The translations under genes were made by a program, and so were the position numbers. Shown piece by piece: positions 20,434 to 29,779 of a stretch of DNA of 64,000 bases. The stretch comes from a virus (taxonomy: Duplodnaviria; Heunggongvirae; Uroviricota; Caudoviricetes). Numbering within the stretch: position 1 is the stretch's first letter; the number at the start of each line of letters is the position of its first letter. The notes under the pieces are model-generated. The model was not told the origin of the DNA. It saw only the letters and a program-made list of their open reading frames with translations, and did not search any database. Where the stretch lies: the IMG/VR virus record IMGVR_UViG_2565956614_000003. One strand, given 5' to 3'.

Positions 20434-20556
20434 TCACTTAATAAAACAACTCCATGCGTAGTTGATGATTTTTTCCCACGTAATATAAATCTGCACTCCG
20501 GCAGTAAAACCAAAGCCAACAATTGCTGAAAAAATCAAAACATTTACTTTTGACAT
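20434..20556 (-). CDS. small hydrophobic peptide (40 aa)
   Basis: MSKVNVLIFSAIVGFGFTAGVQIYITWEKIINYAWSCFIK, single predicted transmembrane helix. Confidence 0.35.
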   Translation of the reverse strand: MSKVNVLIFSAIVGFGFTAGVQIYITWEKIINYAWSCFIK

Positions 20557-20604
20557 TATAAATTTTCTCTCGGTGTCGTAGGTGATAGCACCATAATTGA
20601 TAAT

Positions 20605-20838
20605 TTAGTGAGTTAGCAGTTCCATTTTTTGGATGATTTCCGCATGAGCATCATCGTTATCAACACTTAACTCGTTTAATGCCTCTCGCACTACATCAAC
20701 TTCTTCAGGCTGAAAGAAGTCGTCGCGGTAATCACCAAATAGAACCGAAACCAGCCTGCCACCAGCAACATCAAGATTGGCGCTAACAGGTGGCTCTTTG
20801 CCATCCTCAAATTCGACAACAAAAGTTAATTTTCCCAT
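20605..20838 (-). CDS. hypothetical acidic protein
   Basis: 77-codon ORF. Confidence 0.5.
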   Translation of the reverse strand: MGKLTFVVEFEDGKEPPVSANLDVAGGRLVSVLFGDYRDDFFQPEEVDVVREALNELSVDNDDAHAEIIQKMELLTH

Positions 20839-20914
20839 CGTTACCCCCAGAAGATAAAAATAGCGGCAATCGCCATAGCTACGCCTACAATCGCAAATGC
20901 TTCAGGCCAGCTCA

Positions 20915-21280
20915 TTACCGCACCTCAAGTCTCCATACCGCCTGACCAATCCGGCTGGCATGGGTATCTTTGGATACTGTTCCGTCTTTAGCCAGCTCCA
21001 TAAGAATTTTGCGCAAATCTGCCGAGCGCCATTCTTCATCAGGAAATTCCTTCTCCATTGCCAACCGCAGATTCCAGGTTGCCATCCTGAATGGATATTC
21101 CCCGCCGAGAGCTTTATCTTGCAGGGCAGCCCGGGAACGCATCACCTGCAAAACCTTCTCTTTTACATCCATCATTTCGCCTCCTGCGGCGGTTCTGGTA
21201 GCGGCATCCAGAACAAGGCGTTCCCTAACCACGATAAAGTGCCGTCGCTCAACTCCACGTACGGTAACAAGCCAATACAT
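20915..21280 (-). CDS. hypothetical protein
   Basis: 121 aa from ATG 21280, 10 nt after the upstream stop. Confidence 0.5.
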   Translation of the reverse strand: MYWLVTVRGVERRHFIVVRERLVLDAATRTAAGGEMMDVKEKVLQVMRSRAALQDKALGGEYPFRMATWNLRLAMEKEFPDEEWRSADLRKILMELAKDGTVSKDTHASRIGQAVWRLEVR

Positions 21281-21290
21281 GCCACACGCA

Positions 21291-21779
21291 CTACTCACCT
21301 CCGTTGATGCGAATGCCTGTTGCAATGCTGTTTATGATGCTGTCAGTGCATGGGGTAGAAAGCTGGGCATCTCCAGCAATTTTCATGACATCAACATCTG
21401 CATATCGAATACCGAGGTGTATCAGACCGGCTATACCTGACTTAAGCCGAGCATTTTCCATAAACAGATCCTTTGCCCGCTGTTTTTCTGCCTCAAGCTC
21501 AACGCGCAACTTCCCTACCGTTAGCGCAATATCCTCGTTCTCCTGATCGCGGGATTTGATGTATTGCTGGTTTCTTTCCCGTTCATCCAGTAGTGCCAGC
21601 ACGGTTTCTGGTCCGGCCAGAAATTTGAAGGCGTTGAGCGCATCAATATCCACACCGTAATCTTTAAGTTCCTGTTCACTTAACAAATCATCATCAGCTG
21701 GCAACATTAACAGGCGTTCCATTGCTGGAATTGCACGTTCCGCCGCCTCACGCAGTGCCTGATAGTCAATCTTGCTCAC
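21291..21779 (-). CDS. hypothetical protein with coiled coil
   Basis: 162-codon ORF. Confidence 0.6.
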   Translation of the reverse strand: MSKIDYQALREAAERAIPAMERLLMLPADDDLLSEQELKDYGVDIDALNAFKFLAGPETVLALLDERERNQQYIKSRDQENEDIALTVGKLRVELEAEKQRAKDLFMENARLKSGIAGLIHLGIRYADVDVMKIAGDAQLSTPCTDSIINSIATGIRINGGE

Positions 21780-22081
21780 TGGTTGCCTCCTTTTCGAAGC
21801 TGGGCGGCGATATCTTCGAGAACGCCATCAGAGAATGAGCGGTCAAAATCGCCTTCCGGCGCATTAGCCATAAACTCAGTAGAGGTAAGAATCATCCGGG
21901 CAATATCCGCGGCGTTCTTCGCGGTATCATCAATAAAACCAGCTTCCCAGGCAGCCAGCATTCTGTTCGCCACAAAATAAGCGCCTTCCTTGCGTGCTTC
22001 AGTCTTCACTTCAGCTAGAAAAGCATCGGTATGGCAATGGAATGAGGCGTTATTACCCACAATTTCACGCAAGCACATCAT
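21776..22081 (-). CDS. hypothetical protein, tandem paralogue A
   Basis: C-terminus IAAQLRKGGNQ shared with the next gene; shared 3' DNA block TCACTGGTTGCCTCCTT. Confidence 0.5.
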   Translation of the reverse strand: MMCLREIVGNNASFHCHTDAFLAEVKTEARKEGAYFVANRMLAAWEAGFIDDTAKNAADIARMILTSTEFMANAPEGDFDRSFSDGVLEDIAAQLRKGGNQ

Positions 22082-22095
22082 GTAAAAACGGTTAC

Positions 22096-22335
22096 TCACT
22101 GGTTGCCTCCTTGGCGGAGTTGCGCTGCGATGCATGAAAAAAAAGACTCCCGAGTGTGACAGTTAAGAGCTGGTGCGAACGCCGCGTTAAGAACGGCGGC
22201 ATCACAGCCGTCATCAATATAGAGCGCAATTTTTTTCTCCAGGCGCGCTTTGGCTTCCTGCAACTGCATACCCCGGCACGCACGCGGGATATAATCAGCA
22301 ATTTGAGCGATAGCTTTTTCGTTCTGTTTAAACAT
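22096..22335 (-). CDS. hypothetical protein, tandem paralogue B
   Basis: 79 aa ending IAAQLRQGGNQ. Confidence 0.5.
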   Translation of the reverse strand: MFKQNEKAIAQIADYIPRACRGMQLQEAKARLEKKIALYIDDGCDAAVLNAAFAPALNCHTRESFFSCIAAQLRQGGNQ

Positions 22336-22531
22336 GCTTCACCTCGATAGGCTTGATGGTGTCTAACAGCAGTCGGCGGCGCGTATTTTCTGCAAAATGG
22401 CGGCGTCCAGTTTCTTTGTGGTAAAACTCGTTTTTGCCAACGACCCACATCCGCTCTGTTTGGTGCAGTTTTTTTACCTTCGGGCCATCTTTGGTGATCA
22501 CGGTACCGGTATGGGTTTTTACGATTGTCAT
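22328..22531 (-). CDS. hypothetical small protein
   Basis: 67-codon ORF overlapping its neighbours by 4 to 8 nt. Confidence 0.45.
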   Translation of the reverse strand: MTIVKTHTGTVITKDGPKVKKLHQTERMWVVGKNEFYHKETGRRHFAENTRRRLLLDTIKPIEVKHV

Positions 22532-23406
22532 TCCACTACCTCTTCGAATTTCAACTCCAATTGGTCACCCCAGATTTCACATGATTCGGAACACGAACCA
22601 GTATCAAACCGCTTGGCCAGCACCATCGCCTGATACAAATTTCTGTAGTCACTGTCGGCATACATTCTGGCAATCCCGTCAAGCGTCAGGTGGCCACGGT
22701 ACATAACGTCTTTACCTGTTCTGCGATGACCATCCCTGACGTGTTTGCCTGTAACCAGTTCATTAAAAACCCGCATCAGACCTGGTTCGTCTTTACATGC
22801 AAGCCCCAGCTTTTGCGTTGACTTTTTGATGCAAAAAACACAGTTCCCGAGGTGCTCCGGGATTTGCAAATCAAAAGGTTGTTTTCGCCACCACCGGATA
22901 ACATCCGACTTATCAAAATCTGACAGTTCGGCAAGATACCGGACGCCCGGTTTCGGTTTCAGCCTACGGGGTTCGTCCGCACGAATACCCAGCCATGTGA
23001 TGTAATTCCCTCGCCCAAAATGGTCATCGCAATATTTCGTGAAAGGGGTGAGTTTTAGCCTGTCAGTACAGAACGCGCCGCCGATGTATGGCGTACCGTA
23101 CTTTTTAACCATGTCCATAAACGGTTTAAGCACCGGCATTCGCGTCTGAATATCCTTTGGTTCCCATTCCGTATAACCATTTGGCTGCCCAATTTCTGGA
23201 TTTATATCGACCTGCAACACCGTTAGCGGTACGTTCCAGAACTTCACAACCTCACGAATAAAGCGATACGTCAGAGGATGTTCACAGCCGGTATCCATAA
23301 AAATGAAATGGACGCTAGCGCCAGCTTTTCGCTGTGCTTCCATCAGATGAACGAGATAAGCCGATGTTCGTCCACCTGAAAAGCTGACGACTTGATGCAT
23401 ACTCAC
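22528..23406 (-). CDS. pap: PAPS-reductase-like (PP-loop) protein, Pap-like
   Basis: SFSGGRTS PP-loop motif near the N-terminus; 292 aa. Confidence 0.8.
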   Translation of the reverse strand: MSMHQVVSFSGGRTSAYLVHLMEAQRKAGASVHFIFMDTGCEHPLTYRFIREVVKFWNVPLTVLQVDINPEIGQPNGYTEWEPKDIQTRMPVLKPFMDMVKKYGTPYIGGAFCTDRLKLTPFTKYCDDHFGRGNYITWLGIRADEPRRLKPKPGVRYLAELSDFDKSDVIRWWRKQPFDLQIPEHLGNCVFCIKKSTQKLGLACKDEPGLMRVFNELVTGKHVRDGHRRTGKDVMYRGHLTLDGIARMYADSDYRNLYQAMVLAKRFDTGSCSESCEIWGDQLELKFEEVVE

Positions 23407-23409
23407 GGT

Positions 23410-24138
23410 TTATTCCTGAATGCGCTTAAACTCGATTACCCACACCCAGGGATTAGCGTTCCAGCTTTCTTCACCATAGATGGATTCCCACAGGCGCTGG
23501 AACGCAACCTTGGCCATTGCGAAATCCCCCTTGGGAGTAAGGAATGTTCCCGGGTGATCAGGAAGCAAACTTCCAGCAGGCGGAACGCCCTCAGCCCTTG
23601 CATCGCATTCGCTGATATCGTTCAACCGTTCAACGCGCACGTTGGTAATTTCCAACAGAATGCGTGATGCCCATCGCGGCATGTGAATTGATGGACGCCA
23701 CCCACCATCAAACTTTTCATTCACAGTGTGAGGTTTCCAGTCGGCATCATCGGGTATCGACCATAAGCCGTAATCACCAGGTTTTTGCTCGCAACTGGCC
23801 CGATAAATCCTTGCTGCGTTCTTCTCATCGCCACGACAAAGGTTGTCGTTCCAGTCCACACTGCAACCATCCTCATTGCCTAATATCGCCCATGTTTCAC
23901 GAACCCAAATTCGATCGCCGACGATACCAAAGGGGCAATTGAAAACACTGCTTACACCATCAGCCCCGTACCACTGAAAACCTGCACCAATTTCCCTAAC
24001 CATCACTGGTGCTTCTGGACCAACTTCCGCAGGCTGATTTTTCATTATCCGCCGCGTCTGCGTTTTCCTTCCTTCGAGGATGGCTCGGACCATCTCATCG
24101 TTGAAAATCATGCCGCGCTCTTTCACTTCGCCTTTCAT
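23410..24138 (-). CDS. hypothetical protein, 242 aa
   Basis: ORF 3 nt upstream of pap; co-transcribed block. Confidence 0.65.
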   Translation of the reverse strand: MKGEVKERGMIFNDEMVRAILEGRKTQTRRIMKNQPAEVGPEAPVMVREIGAGFQWYGADGVSSVFNCPFGIVGDRIWVRETWAILGNEDGCSVDWNDNLCRGDEKNAARIYRASCEQKPGDYGLWSIPDDADWKPHTVNEKFDGGWRPSIHMPRWASRILLEITNVRVERLNDISECDARAEGVPPAGSLLPDHPGTFLTPKGDFAMAKVAFQRLWESIYGEESWNANPWVWVIEFKRIQE

Positions 24139-24147
24139 GCATCCCCC

Positions 24148-24234
24148 TTACCCATGCGCGACGATGCCGCCAAAAGTGATAGAGAACAGCCAGAAATAGA
24201 TCGCGGCCATAATGATTTTGAATGCCGTGTTCAT
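24148..24234 (-). CDS. small hydrophobic ORF (28 aa), uncertain
   Basis: MNTAFKIIMAAIYFWLFSITFGGIVAHG with AGGAGC Shine-Dalgarno, preceded by a CCAATCAATCA motif. Confidence 0.3.
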   Translation of the reverse strand: MNTAFKIIMAAIYFWLFSITFGGIVAHG

Positions 24235-24317
24235 ATTTTCAGCTCCTGTGATTGATTGGATACATGCCGCGCCTTACGGCATGTTTTTATTTTCACTTTC
24301 TCTGTTTTAAAAATCAA

Positions 24318-24334
24318 GATTTATTAGAGCAATT
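24318..24334. promoter_or_regulatory. C1 operator
   Basis: AGATTTATTAGAGCAAT, 16/17. Confidence 0.7.
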
Positions 24335-24839
24335 ATTGTTGATGTAGAAGCGCGTTTTCATACTCCCTGACCATTAACGTAAGTACGCCGTGACTCCTGA
24401 AAACACGCGCCACTTCAATCTTATCTTCCAGCGCGAACGCAATTTTACTTAGACCAATTTTCTTCAGGAGATCAATCTTTGCTGGACCGTCATTTCTGTC
24501 ATCGGTGGCAGGACGCATAGATAGCAAAGGCTCCGCCCCATTTGTTACGTGCTTACGCAACCAGGCTCGTGTTTTATCCCTGGCTATCTCACAGCGCCCG
24601 GTTACAAACCAGAGGGTGTAAATGCCGGACAACTGGCGCACCATATCAATAACTGGAGTGATGGGAGCATCAGTGTCACAGGCAAGGTTAAACTCGTTCC
24701 AGTGCTCTGTTAATGCACCTTTGCCAGGTGGTGGAAGTAAATGCAGCCTGTCTTCCGTTGCCTCTGATATCGTCCCATCAATATCTACTATGACGATGTA
24801 CGGACGTTCCTGGTGTGCGTGTTTATTGAAAATACTCAA
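24333..24839 (-). CDS. HAD-superfamily phosphatase-like protein
   Basis: VIVDIDGTIS (DxDGT) motif near the N-terminus; 168 aa. Confidence 0.65.
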   Translation of the reverse strand: MSIFNKHAHQERPYIVIVDIDGTISEATEDRLHLLPPPGKGALTEHWNEFNLACDTDAPITPVIDMVRQLSGIYTLWFVTGRCEIARDKTRAWLRKHVTNGAEPLLSMRPATDDRNDGPAKIDLLKKIGLSKIAFALEDKIEVARVFRSHGVLTLMVREYENALLHQQ

Positions 24840-24865
24840 ATGCCCTCCTCATTGGACGAAAAAAA

Positions 24866-24890
24866 ATGCTGGTGGGAGCACTCCACCAGC
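24866..24890 (-). terminator. intrinsic terminator hairpin carrying Chi in both arms
   Basis: TGCTGGTGG-GAGCACT-CCACCAGCA, followed on the minus strand by an 8-U run. Confidence 0.6.
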
Positions 24891-24912
24891 ATTAAAAGTG
24901 ACACTGTAACTA

Positions 24913-26175
24913 TCAGCGAACGTAAATAGTGCCGCCGTTCTCTTTTTCCCATGCATCGCTACGTGCATAGCAAACATCGAGAAGTCTTCTTGCCGCAGTT
25001 TCCTCTAAACCCAATTCGACAACCAACTGCTCATGACGGCGGGTAACCACATCAAACAGGGTATGCAGCCCTTTAGTTGCCAGATCATCAATGAATTCCG
25101 GTTCGAACGGCAGCTCTGCATCTGCCAACATAACCTCTTGCGCCCACTCAACTCGACGGACCAATTCCGGGCGACGGCTTTCCATCTCTTTACAGATCAA
25201 TTCATGGAAGAACTCTACCCAACCTTCCGGCTGGAACTCGCGGAAAATTGCCAACGGCTGGAAGTTTGGCATCAACCATTCGTTGATTCGGATATCAATG
25301 GCATAGCCCATGTCGCAGCAGAACTGATAAGCAAAGTCCAGCTTAGAAACGATATAAGGACGCTCGTTATTGAACTCTTTAGGCGATGAGATCCCATAAG
25401 CCAGGAGGCGCGGGAAGAAGGAGATTTGCCCTAACGTCGGATGAAGTTTGCTTGCAGGGAAACGGCGCTCAGTAATGCCATACATTTCCTTCTTGAGCGT
25501 CGCAAATTTGGCATTCTCATTAACCAGCGCGGTAACCTCTGCTTTTTTATTAGCAAATGCCACGCGCGCCTCGCTTGCATCTTTAATAGTTTTTTTGAGC
25601 TGTTGGTTAAGGTCGGCGACCTGCTTACGCAGTTCCTGTCGCTCGCTTTTAGCTTTGTTATAGCGTTTCTCAAGGTTAAAAGGATCAAGTTTCATGATCT
25701 CTTTATATTGAGATTTTAGCGTTGAAATCTGTGAGTTCCGCAGTTCAACCATCGCAGTCATTTCATTGAGTTTTGTTTCCAGCTCAATGCTTATACGTTC
25801 GGCATTATCAGCACGCTGGTTGGCGTCATGCGTCGCATCGTCGATCGCGTCCTGTTGCTGGCGTTTCAAATGTTCAATTTCCAGCTGAAGCTCTTCAATT
25901 TCTTTACCCTTCAGACCGAGATCCAACTGCATATTTTCAGCTGCATCTACCAGGGAGTTATGGCTATCAGCTTCTGCGTTATAAACATCAATAAGCTGTG
26001 CGTGAAGCATCTCCGCTGACTGAACCGCATTATCAAAAAAACGTGCTGTGAGGTCATCACAACTAACGCGGCGTTGCGCGGCCCGGATGTTCTGGATAAT
26101 GGCCGGGATACCGGCATTCAGGACATCAGGGATACATACATTTTCGATTGATTGGTTTTGTGCTGAAGTGCTCAT
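24913..26175 (-). CDS. hypothetical coiled-coil protein, 420 aa
   Basis: Long ORF with extended heptad-like region. Confidence 0.7.
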   Translation of the reverse strand: MSTSAQNQSIENVCIPDVLNAGIPAIIQNIRAAQRRVSCDDLTARFFDNAVQSAEMLHAQLIDVYNAEADSHNSLVDAAENMQLDLGLKGKEIEELQLEIEHLKRQQQDAIDDATHDANQRADNAERISIELETKLNEMTAMVELRNSQISTLKSQYKEIMKLDPFNLEKRYNKAKSERQELRKQVADLNQQLKKTIKDASEARVAFANKKAEVTALVNENAKFATLKKEMYGITERRFPASKLHPTLGQISFFPRLLAYGISSPKEFNNERPYIVSKLDFAYQFCCDMGYAIDIRINEWLMPNFQPLAIFREFQPEGWVEFFHELICKEMESRRPELVRRVEWAQEVMLADAELPFEPEFIDDLATKGLHTLFDVVTRRHEQLVVELGLEETAARRLLDVCYARSDAWEKENGGTIYVR

Positions 26176-26176
26176 T

Positions 26177-26395
26177 TCAAAGTTCCGTATTAGCTTGTGC
26201 TTCGGTCATTTTTCCTAAGTATGAAGGAGGAAGGACTACGCAATTTGTATCCAGTCCCTCACCTATGGCAGCCTGTAAAATTCTGGCTAAGGTGAGTCTC
26301 TTGTTGCGATACCTGGTGATGACATGCCTGATACCGCCGGTCGGCGTAACAAAGGCGATCAGCCAGTAGTGATATTTCCGTCGGAATGGCCACAT
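26177..26395 (-). CDS. hypothetical small protein
   Basis: 72-codon ORF immediately downstream of the operator pair. Confidence 0.45.
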   Translation of the reverse strand: MWPFRRKYHYWLIAFVTPTGGIRHVITRYRNKRLTLARILQAAIGEGLDTNCVVLPPSYLGKMTEAQANTEL

Positions 26396-26409
26396 AGTGC
26401 ACCTTGTAG

Positions 26410-26475
26410 ATTGCTCTAATAAAAAACGTGATGAGTGTACATCACGTTTTAAAAATATGGAATTATTAGAGCAAT
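26410..26475. promoter_or_regulatory. pair of inverted C1 operators flanking a perfect palindrome
   Basis: ATTGCTCTAATAAAAAA and AATTATTAGAGCAAT flanking AACGTGATG-AGTGTAC-ATCACGTT. Confidence 0.6.
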
Positions 26476-26476
26476 A

Positions 26477-27178
26477 TTATTCTGATTCTCGCTCAAAAAA
26501 TGAGCTGATAAGGGGAAGCCAATCCTCTGACACTTCGCGAGGTCGCGGTTTGCCGTGGAAAAAGATTATTCGGCAGTCTTTTGGTAATGCCCCATTCCCC
26601 CTGGAGTAACGCGCGCTCGCATATTTTGAACCAGGTTCCACAACATCGGCCTTGTAACTTACAAACCATCCTGGATACAGATCCTGAAATGCTGGTGTAT
26701 CATCGCCCATAACCTTTCGTAAGAACCCCTGGTCCCCCCAGCACTCAGTAGTGACACAACGAGAAATCCAACCTTCCGGATCTTGCCAGAATGAACTCCA
26801 GATATGCGCTTTAACACTATTTGGTATCCACAGGGCACCGCTGCCACGATATTGTGGATGGTAAAAATCCCTAAGCATGGTGAAGCTGGTTGGTGGATGC
26901 TCTAGGATTGGGCGTATATCACCGGCAATAACCGTGTCCAAATCCAGATAGAACAGATCATCGGTTATATCCGGTCGGAACAACTCGATTTTCGCCCACC
27001 AGCCACGGCACTTTTGCCACTGGTTGATCAATGGGACAACTTTGACGCCAGGTACATGTAAACGCTTCAGGTCTGTCAGGCAAATAATTTCATAGCCTTT
27101 TGGCAGTTGATTAACCAGCCACTGCACATCGGAAGCGTTATAGTCACCACCAGAGCGAAAAACTAAAGCAATCTTCAT
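26477..27178 (-). CDS. putative glycosyltransferase-like protein (DxD motif)
   Basis: 233 aa; YLDLDTV motif; start abuts the ppp stop. Confidence 0.5.
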   Translation of the reverse strand: MKIALVFRSGGDYNASDVQWLVNQLPKGYEIICLTDLKRLHVPGVKVVPLINQWQKCRGWWAKIELFRPDITDDLFYLDLDTVIAGDIRPILEHPPTSFTMLRDFYHPQYRGSGALWIPNSVKAHIWSSFWQDPEGWISRCVTTECWGDQGFLRKVMGDDTPAFQDLYPGWFVSYKADVVEPGSKYASARYSRGNGALPKDCRIIFFHGKPRPREVSEDWLPLISSFFERESE

Positions 27179-27867
27179 GCTGCACCATCACCTTTCACTT
27201 TCATCAATGTCAGGTTTCCGCAAAATACGGCACCAGTGTCGATATACTGCTGATTCCAGAATGTCTTCGGGCTTTTCACCGGAGTGTGACCAAAGATAAA
27301 ACGATCTGCGCCCGAAATTTCGCCACCAATATCATCCATCGAATCACTGATACGCTCGCGCGCCCAGACAACGTTGAAAAGCGGCACCTCCTTACCGAAT
27401 TGGTATTCATTATCCGGATAGTCGGCATGGGCTATAACGATAGTTTCTTGCCCGGTGTTCAACTCAATGATATAGGGCAGACGCTTTACCAGCTCCACCA
27501 GCGCCCAGGCTAATATTTCCTGATCAGTGTCCAGCATGAAGAACCATTGTCCGCCATTCATTAGCCAGTTATTCACGTTGCCATCTGGACTTAACGCATC
27601 AATCATCAGCCGCTCATGGTTCCCCATCACTGCCCTGAACCAGGGCATCTGCAATAGTTCCAGACATTCGACATTTTCAGTACCGCGATCGATAAGGTCG
27701 CCGACCGATATCAGTAAATCCTGCGCCGGGTCAAAATCCACACGATGGAGTTCGGACATCAGTCTGGTGTAGCAACCATGCAGATCACCAACAACCCAGA
27801 CATTCCTGTATTTGGTACCGTCGATACGGTGATAAATTGTGGGTGCCATCATGTATTCTTCAGCCAT
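27175..27867 (-). CDS. ppp: Ser/Thr protein phosphatase (lambda-phosphatase-like), Ppp
   Basis: GDLHG, GDLIDRG and GNHE metallophosphatase motifs. Confidence 0.88.
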   Translation of the reverse strand: MAEEYMMAPTIYHRIDGTKYRNVWVVGDLHGCYTRLMSELHRVDFDPAQDLLISVGDLIDRGTENVECLELLQMPWFRAVMGNHERLMIDALSPDGNVNNWLMNGGQWFFMLDTDQEILAWALVELVKRLPYIIELNTGQETIVIAHADYPDNEYQFGKEVPLFNVVWARERISDSMDDIGGEISGADRFIFGHTPVKSPKTFWNQQYIDTGAVFCGNLTLMKVKGDGAA

Positions 27868-28475
27868 TCTTTAAGAGTCATCTGCGGAATACCTCCCATT
27901 TTCCCGCATGAAACAACGTCAATCCGTTCACGCGCAGACTGGAATAACAAAGGCAGGTGACTTAGATTTTTTGGCGTGCCGCCGGAGTGAACGCGTGGTT
28001 CTTGTGTAGCGTCAACGCCCACCAGGGCTACATGTTTGAATCCGATATGGAAAGCCAGGTTCAGAGCACCATATGCACTATTGCCGCTGGCAATTTCATT
28101 CTCATCTTCGCAAAGTCCGAAATGTGCGGACCAGCGCCACGCCCACCACTCGGGAGAATTCGTATTTTTTGGCTCCATGCCACGTTCAGCCACACGACGG
28201 AAGCACAGAACGCCGTCTCTGACTTCACGTTCTTTAACATCGGGTAGTGCCATGCAATAACAAACACCACGGCGACGGCGGCCACGACCAACGCGCCGCA
28301 TATTGTCTGGCGATGGATCAAGTGTGAAAAAATAAGAAGCGCGGTTCAGCCAGTCGATGGCCCCATTGACCGCTATAATAGGCACTCCGCGCGGCGCAAC
28401 AAAGTTTGCGGCGCTTGGGCCACTGCCGACGATAATAACGCGATCACTGCCTCTAAATTTATTCTTGGGAAACAT
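27849..28475 (-). CDS. hypothetical protein, paralogue pair member 1
   Basis: 208 aa; shares VGSGPS...IIAVN...GVD motifs with the next gene. Confidence 0.6.
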   Translation of the reverse strand: MFPKNKFRGSDRVIIVGSGPSAANFVAPRGVPIIAVNGAIDWLNRASYFFTLDPSPDNMRRVGRGRRRRGVCYCMALPDVKEREVRDGVLCFRRVAERGMEPKNTNSPEWWAWRWSAHFGLCEDENEIASGNSAYGALNLAFHIGFKHVALVGVDATQEPRVHSGGTPKNLSHLPLLFQSARERIDVVSCGKMGGIPQMTLKEWLKNT

Positions 28476-29035
28476 TGAATTGCACTGCTCCTACTTGCAT
28501 TCAAAATATGTAAATCTGCGTGTTTTTTGCGGGTATCCAGGAACTGCTGTTGCCATTTTGAAATAGACACCTGCGTTGGATTCCGTAGGGCTTGAGGGTG
28601 CGCGCCATGCCAATGAAGACCGTTTTGCAGAGAACAGTCATAGCCGACTAATACCACTACTTCAGCCCCTGATTCAGCAGCCAGACTGATAGCCTGCGCG
28701 CCGCTATTTACCCCTTCCGCCGGTCCACAATATCGCCTGTACTCCAACGAAAATGATTTCGCCGCCGCCAGGTTAGCTGTCACTTTGCGGAATCTCCCTC
28801 CCGGTATGGTGGATCCGTATTGCTTCCACCATGACAAATCACCGGCGTATAAGGCATAAATGTCATCGAACATCTGCCAGGAATTGTTAACCGCGATGAT
28901 TGAACAGCCAGTTTTTTCTATAGCAGCACAGTCCTCACGAGTGAGTGACGGACCGCTACCGACACAAAAAACAGTCCTAGTCGCCCTGGGTGGTATGTTC
29001 ATTCTCAGCTGCAAATTCAGCCTCCAGGCGAGCAT
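28373..29035 (-). CDS. hypothetical protein, paralogue pair member 2
   Basis: 220 aa; ~100-nt overlap with the downstream paralogue. Confidence 0.6.
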   Translation of the reverse strand: MLAWRLNLQLRMNIPPRATRTVFCVGSGPSLTREDCAAIEKTGCSIIAVNNSWQMFDDIYALYAGDLSWWKQYGSTIPGGRFRKVTANLAAAKSFSLEYRRYCGPAEGVNSGAQAISLAAESGAEVVVLVGYDCSLQNGLHWHGAHPQALRNPTQVSISKWQQQFLDTRKKHADLHILNASRSSAIQCFPRINLEAVIALLSSAVAQAPQTLLRRAECLL

Positions 29036-29174
29036 TCATTTCAGCGATTACCGGGTCCACTACAGCATCTGCTTCCTGTTCATTACGCGGCATGATCGAT
29101 GCCAGCGATTCATAATTAGCCTTGGATGACACGATTATTCTCCCGATGTTAATGTGCGCTATATCAAAGAGCAC
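28977..29174 (-). CDS. hypothetical small acidic protein
   Basis: 65-codon ORF. Confidence 0.35.
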   Translation of the reverse strand: MLFDIAHINIGRIIVSSKANYESLASIMPRNEQEADAVVDPVIAEMNARLEAEFAAENEHTTQGD

Positions 29175-29198
29175 ACATGCACTAATTAATTTATTATT

Positions 29199-29777
29199 TC
29201 ACGCAGCATACAACCACTTGTCACCGTTCAATACATGCTCAATAGCCTCACCCTTTTTAAGGCTCATGTATTCCAGGATGGCGGTTATCGCTTGTTCTGC
29301 ACCATACGCAAGAACGACGTAGTAACCTTCCTCTCTAAGCCTGCGCATCCAGGCGATCTGCTCTTTCGTCGGGGCTTTACCATTTGGTTCTTTAAGCTCA
29401 ATTCGCATGCCGTGATAAATACCGCATGCTTTATCGAGACTCATGTCCGGATAACCTTTTTTCTGCCCTTCAGCCTTCATTTTCCCGGCGGTTGCTTTTG
29501 AACGTTTCCCTCCGTTAGGCGTTGCATGCAACAGCTCATAGATGTCAGGGTGCTTGCGTTCGAAGTAATCAAAAATGAAAACCTGCTCGAAGTGCTCGCA
29601 ATTTCCGTCGCGCAGGTCTGGGTTCTTTGCCAGTGCTGCAAGTGCCTTCGCATGTGGAGAAACTTCTTTTACCGGCGCAAGCGATAAGAATGGATCCTTT
29701 TTGGTTTTTGGCCTGGACCGCCCCTTATTTCGGCGCTCACTAAAAGCCTGAAACTCTTCCTCAGTAAAGCGCAACAC
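29199..29777 (-). CDS. VRR-NUC-like nuclease domain protein
   Basis: 192 aa; GYPDMSL...RIELK pattern reminiscent of PD-(D/E)xK. Confidence 0.5.
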   Translation of the reverse strand: MLRFTEEEFQAFSERRNKGRSRPKTKKDPFLSLAPVKEVSPHAKALAALAKNPDLRDGNCEHFEQVFIFDYFERKHPDIYELLHATPNGGKRSKATAGKMKAEGQKKGYPDMSLDKACGIYHGMRIELKEPNGKAPTKEQIAWMRRLREEGYYVVLAYGAEQAITAILEYMSLKKGEAIEHVLNGDKWLYAA

Positions 29778-29779
29778 AA

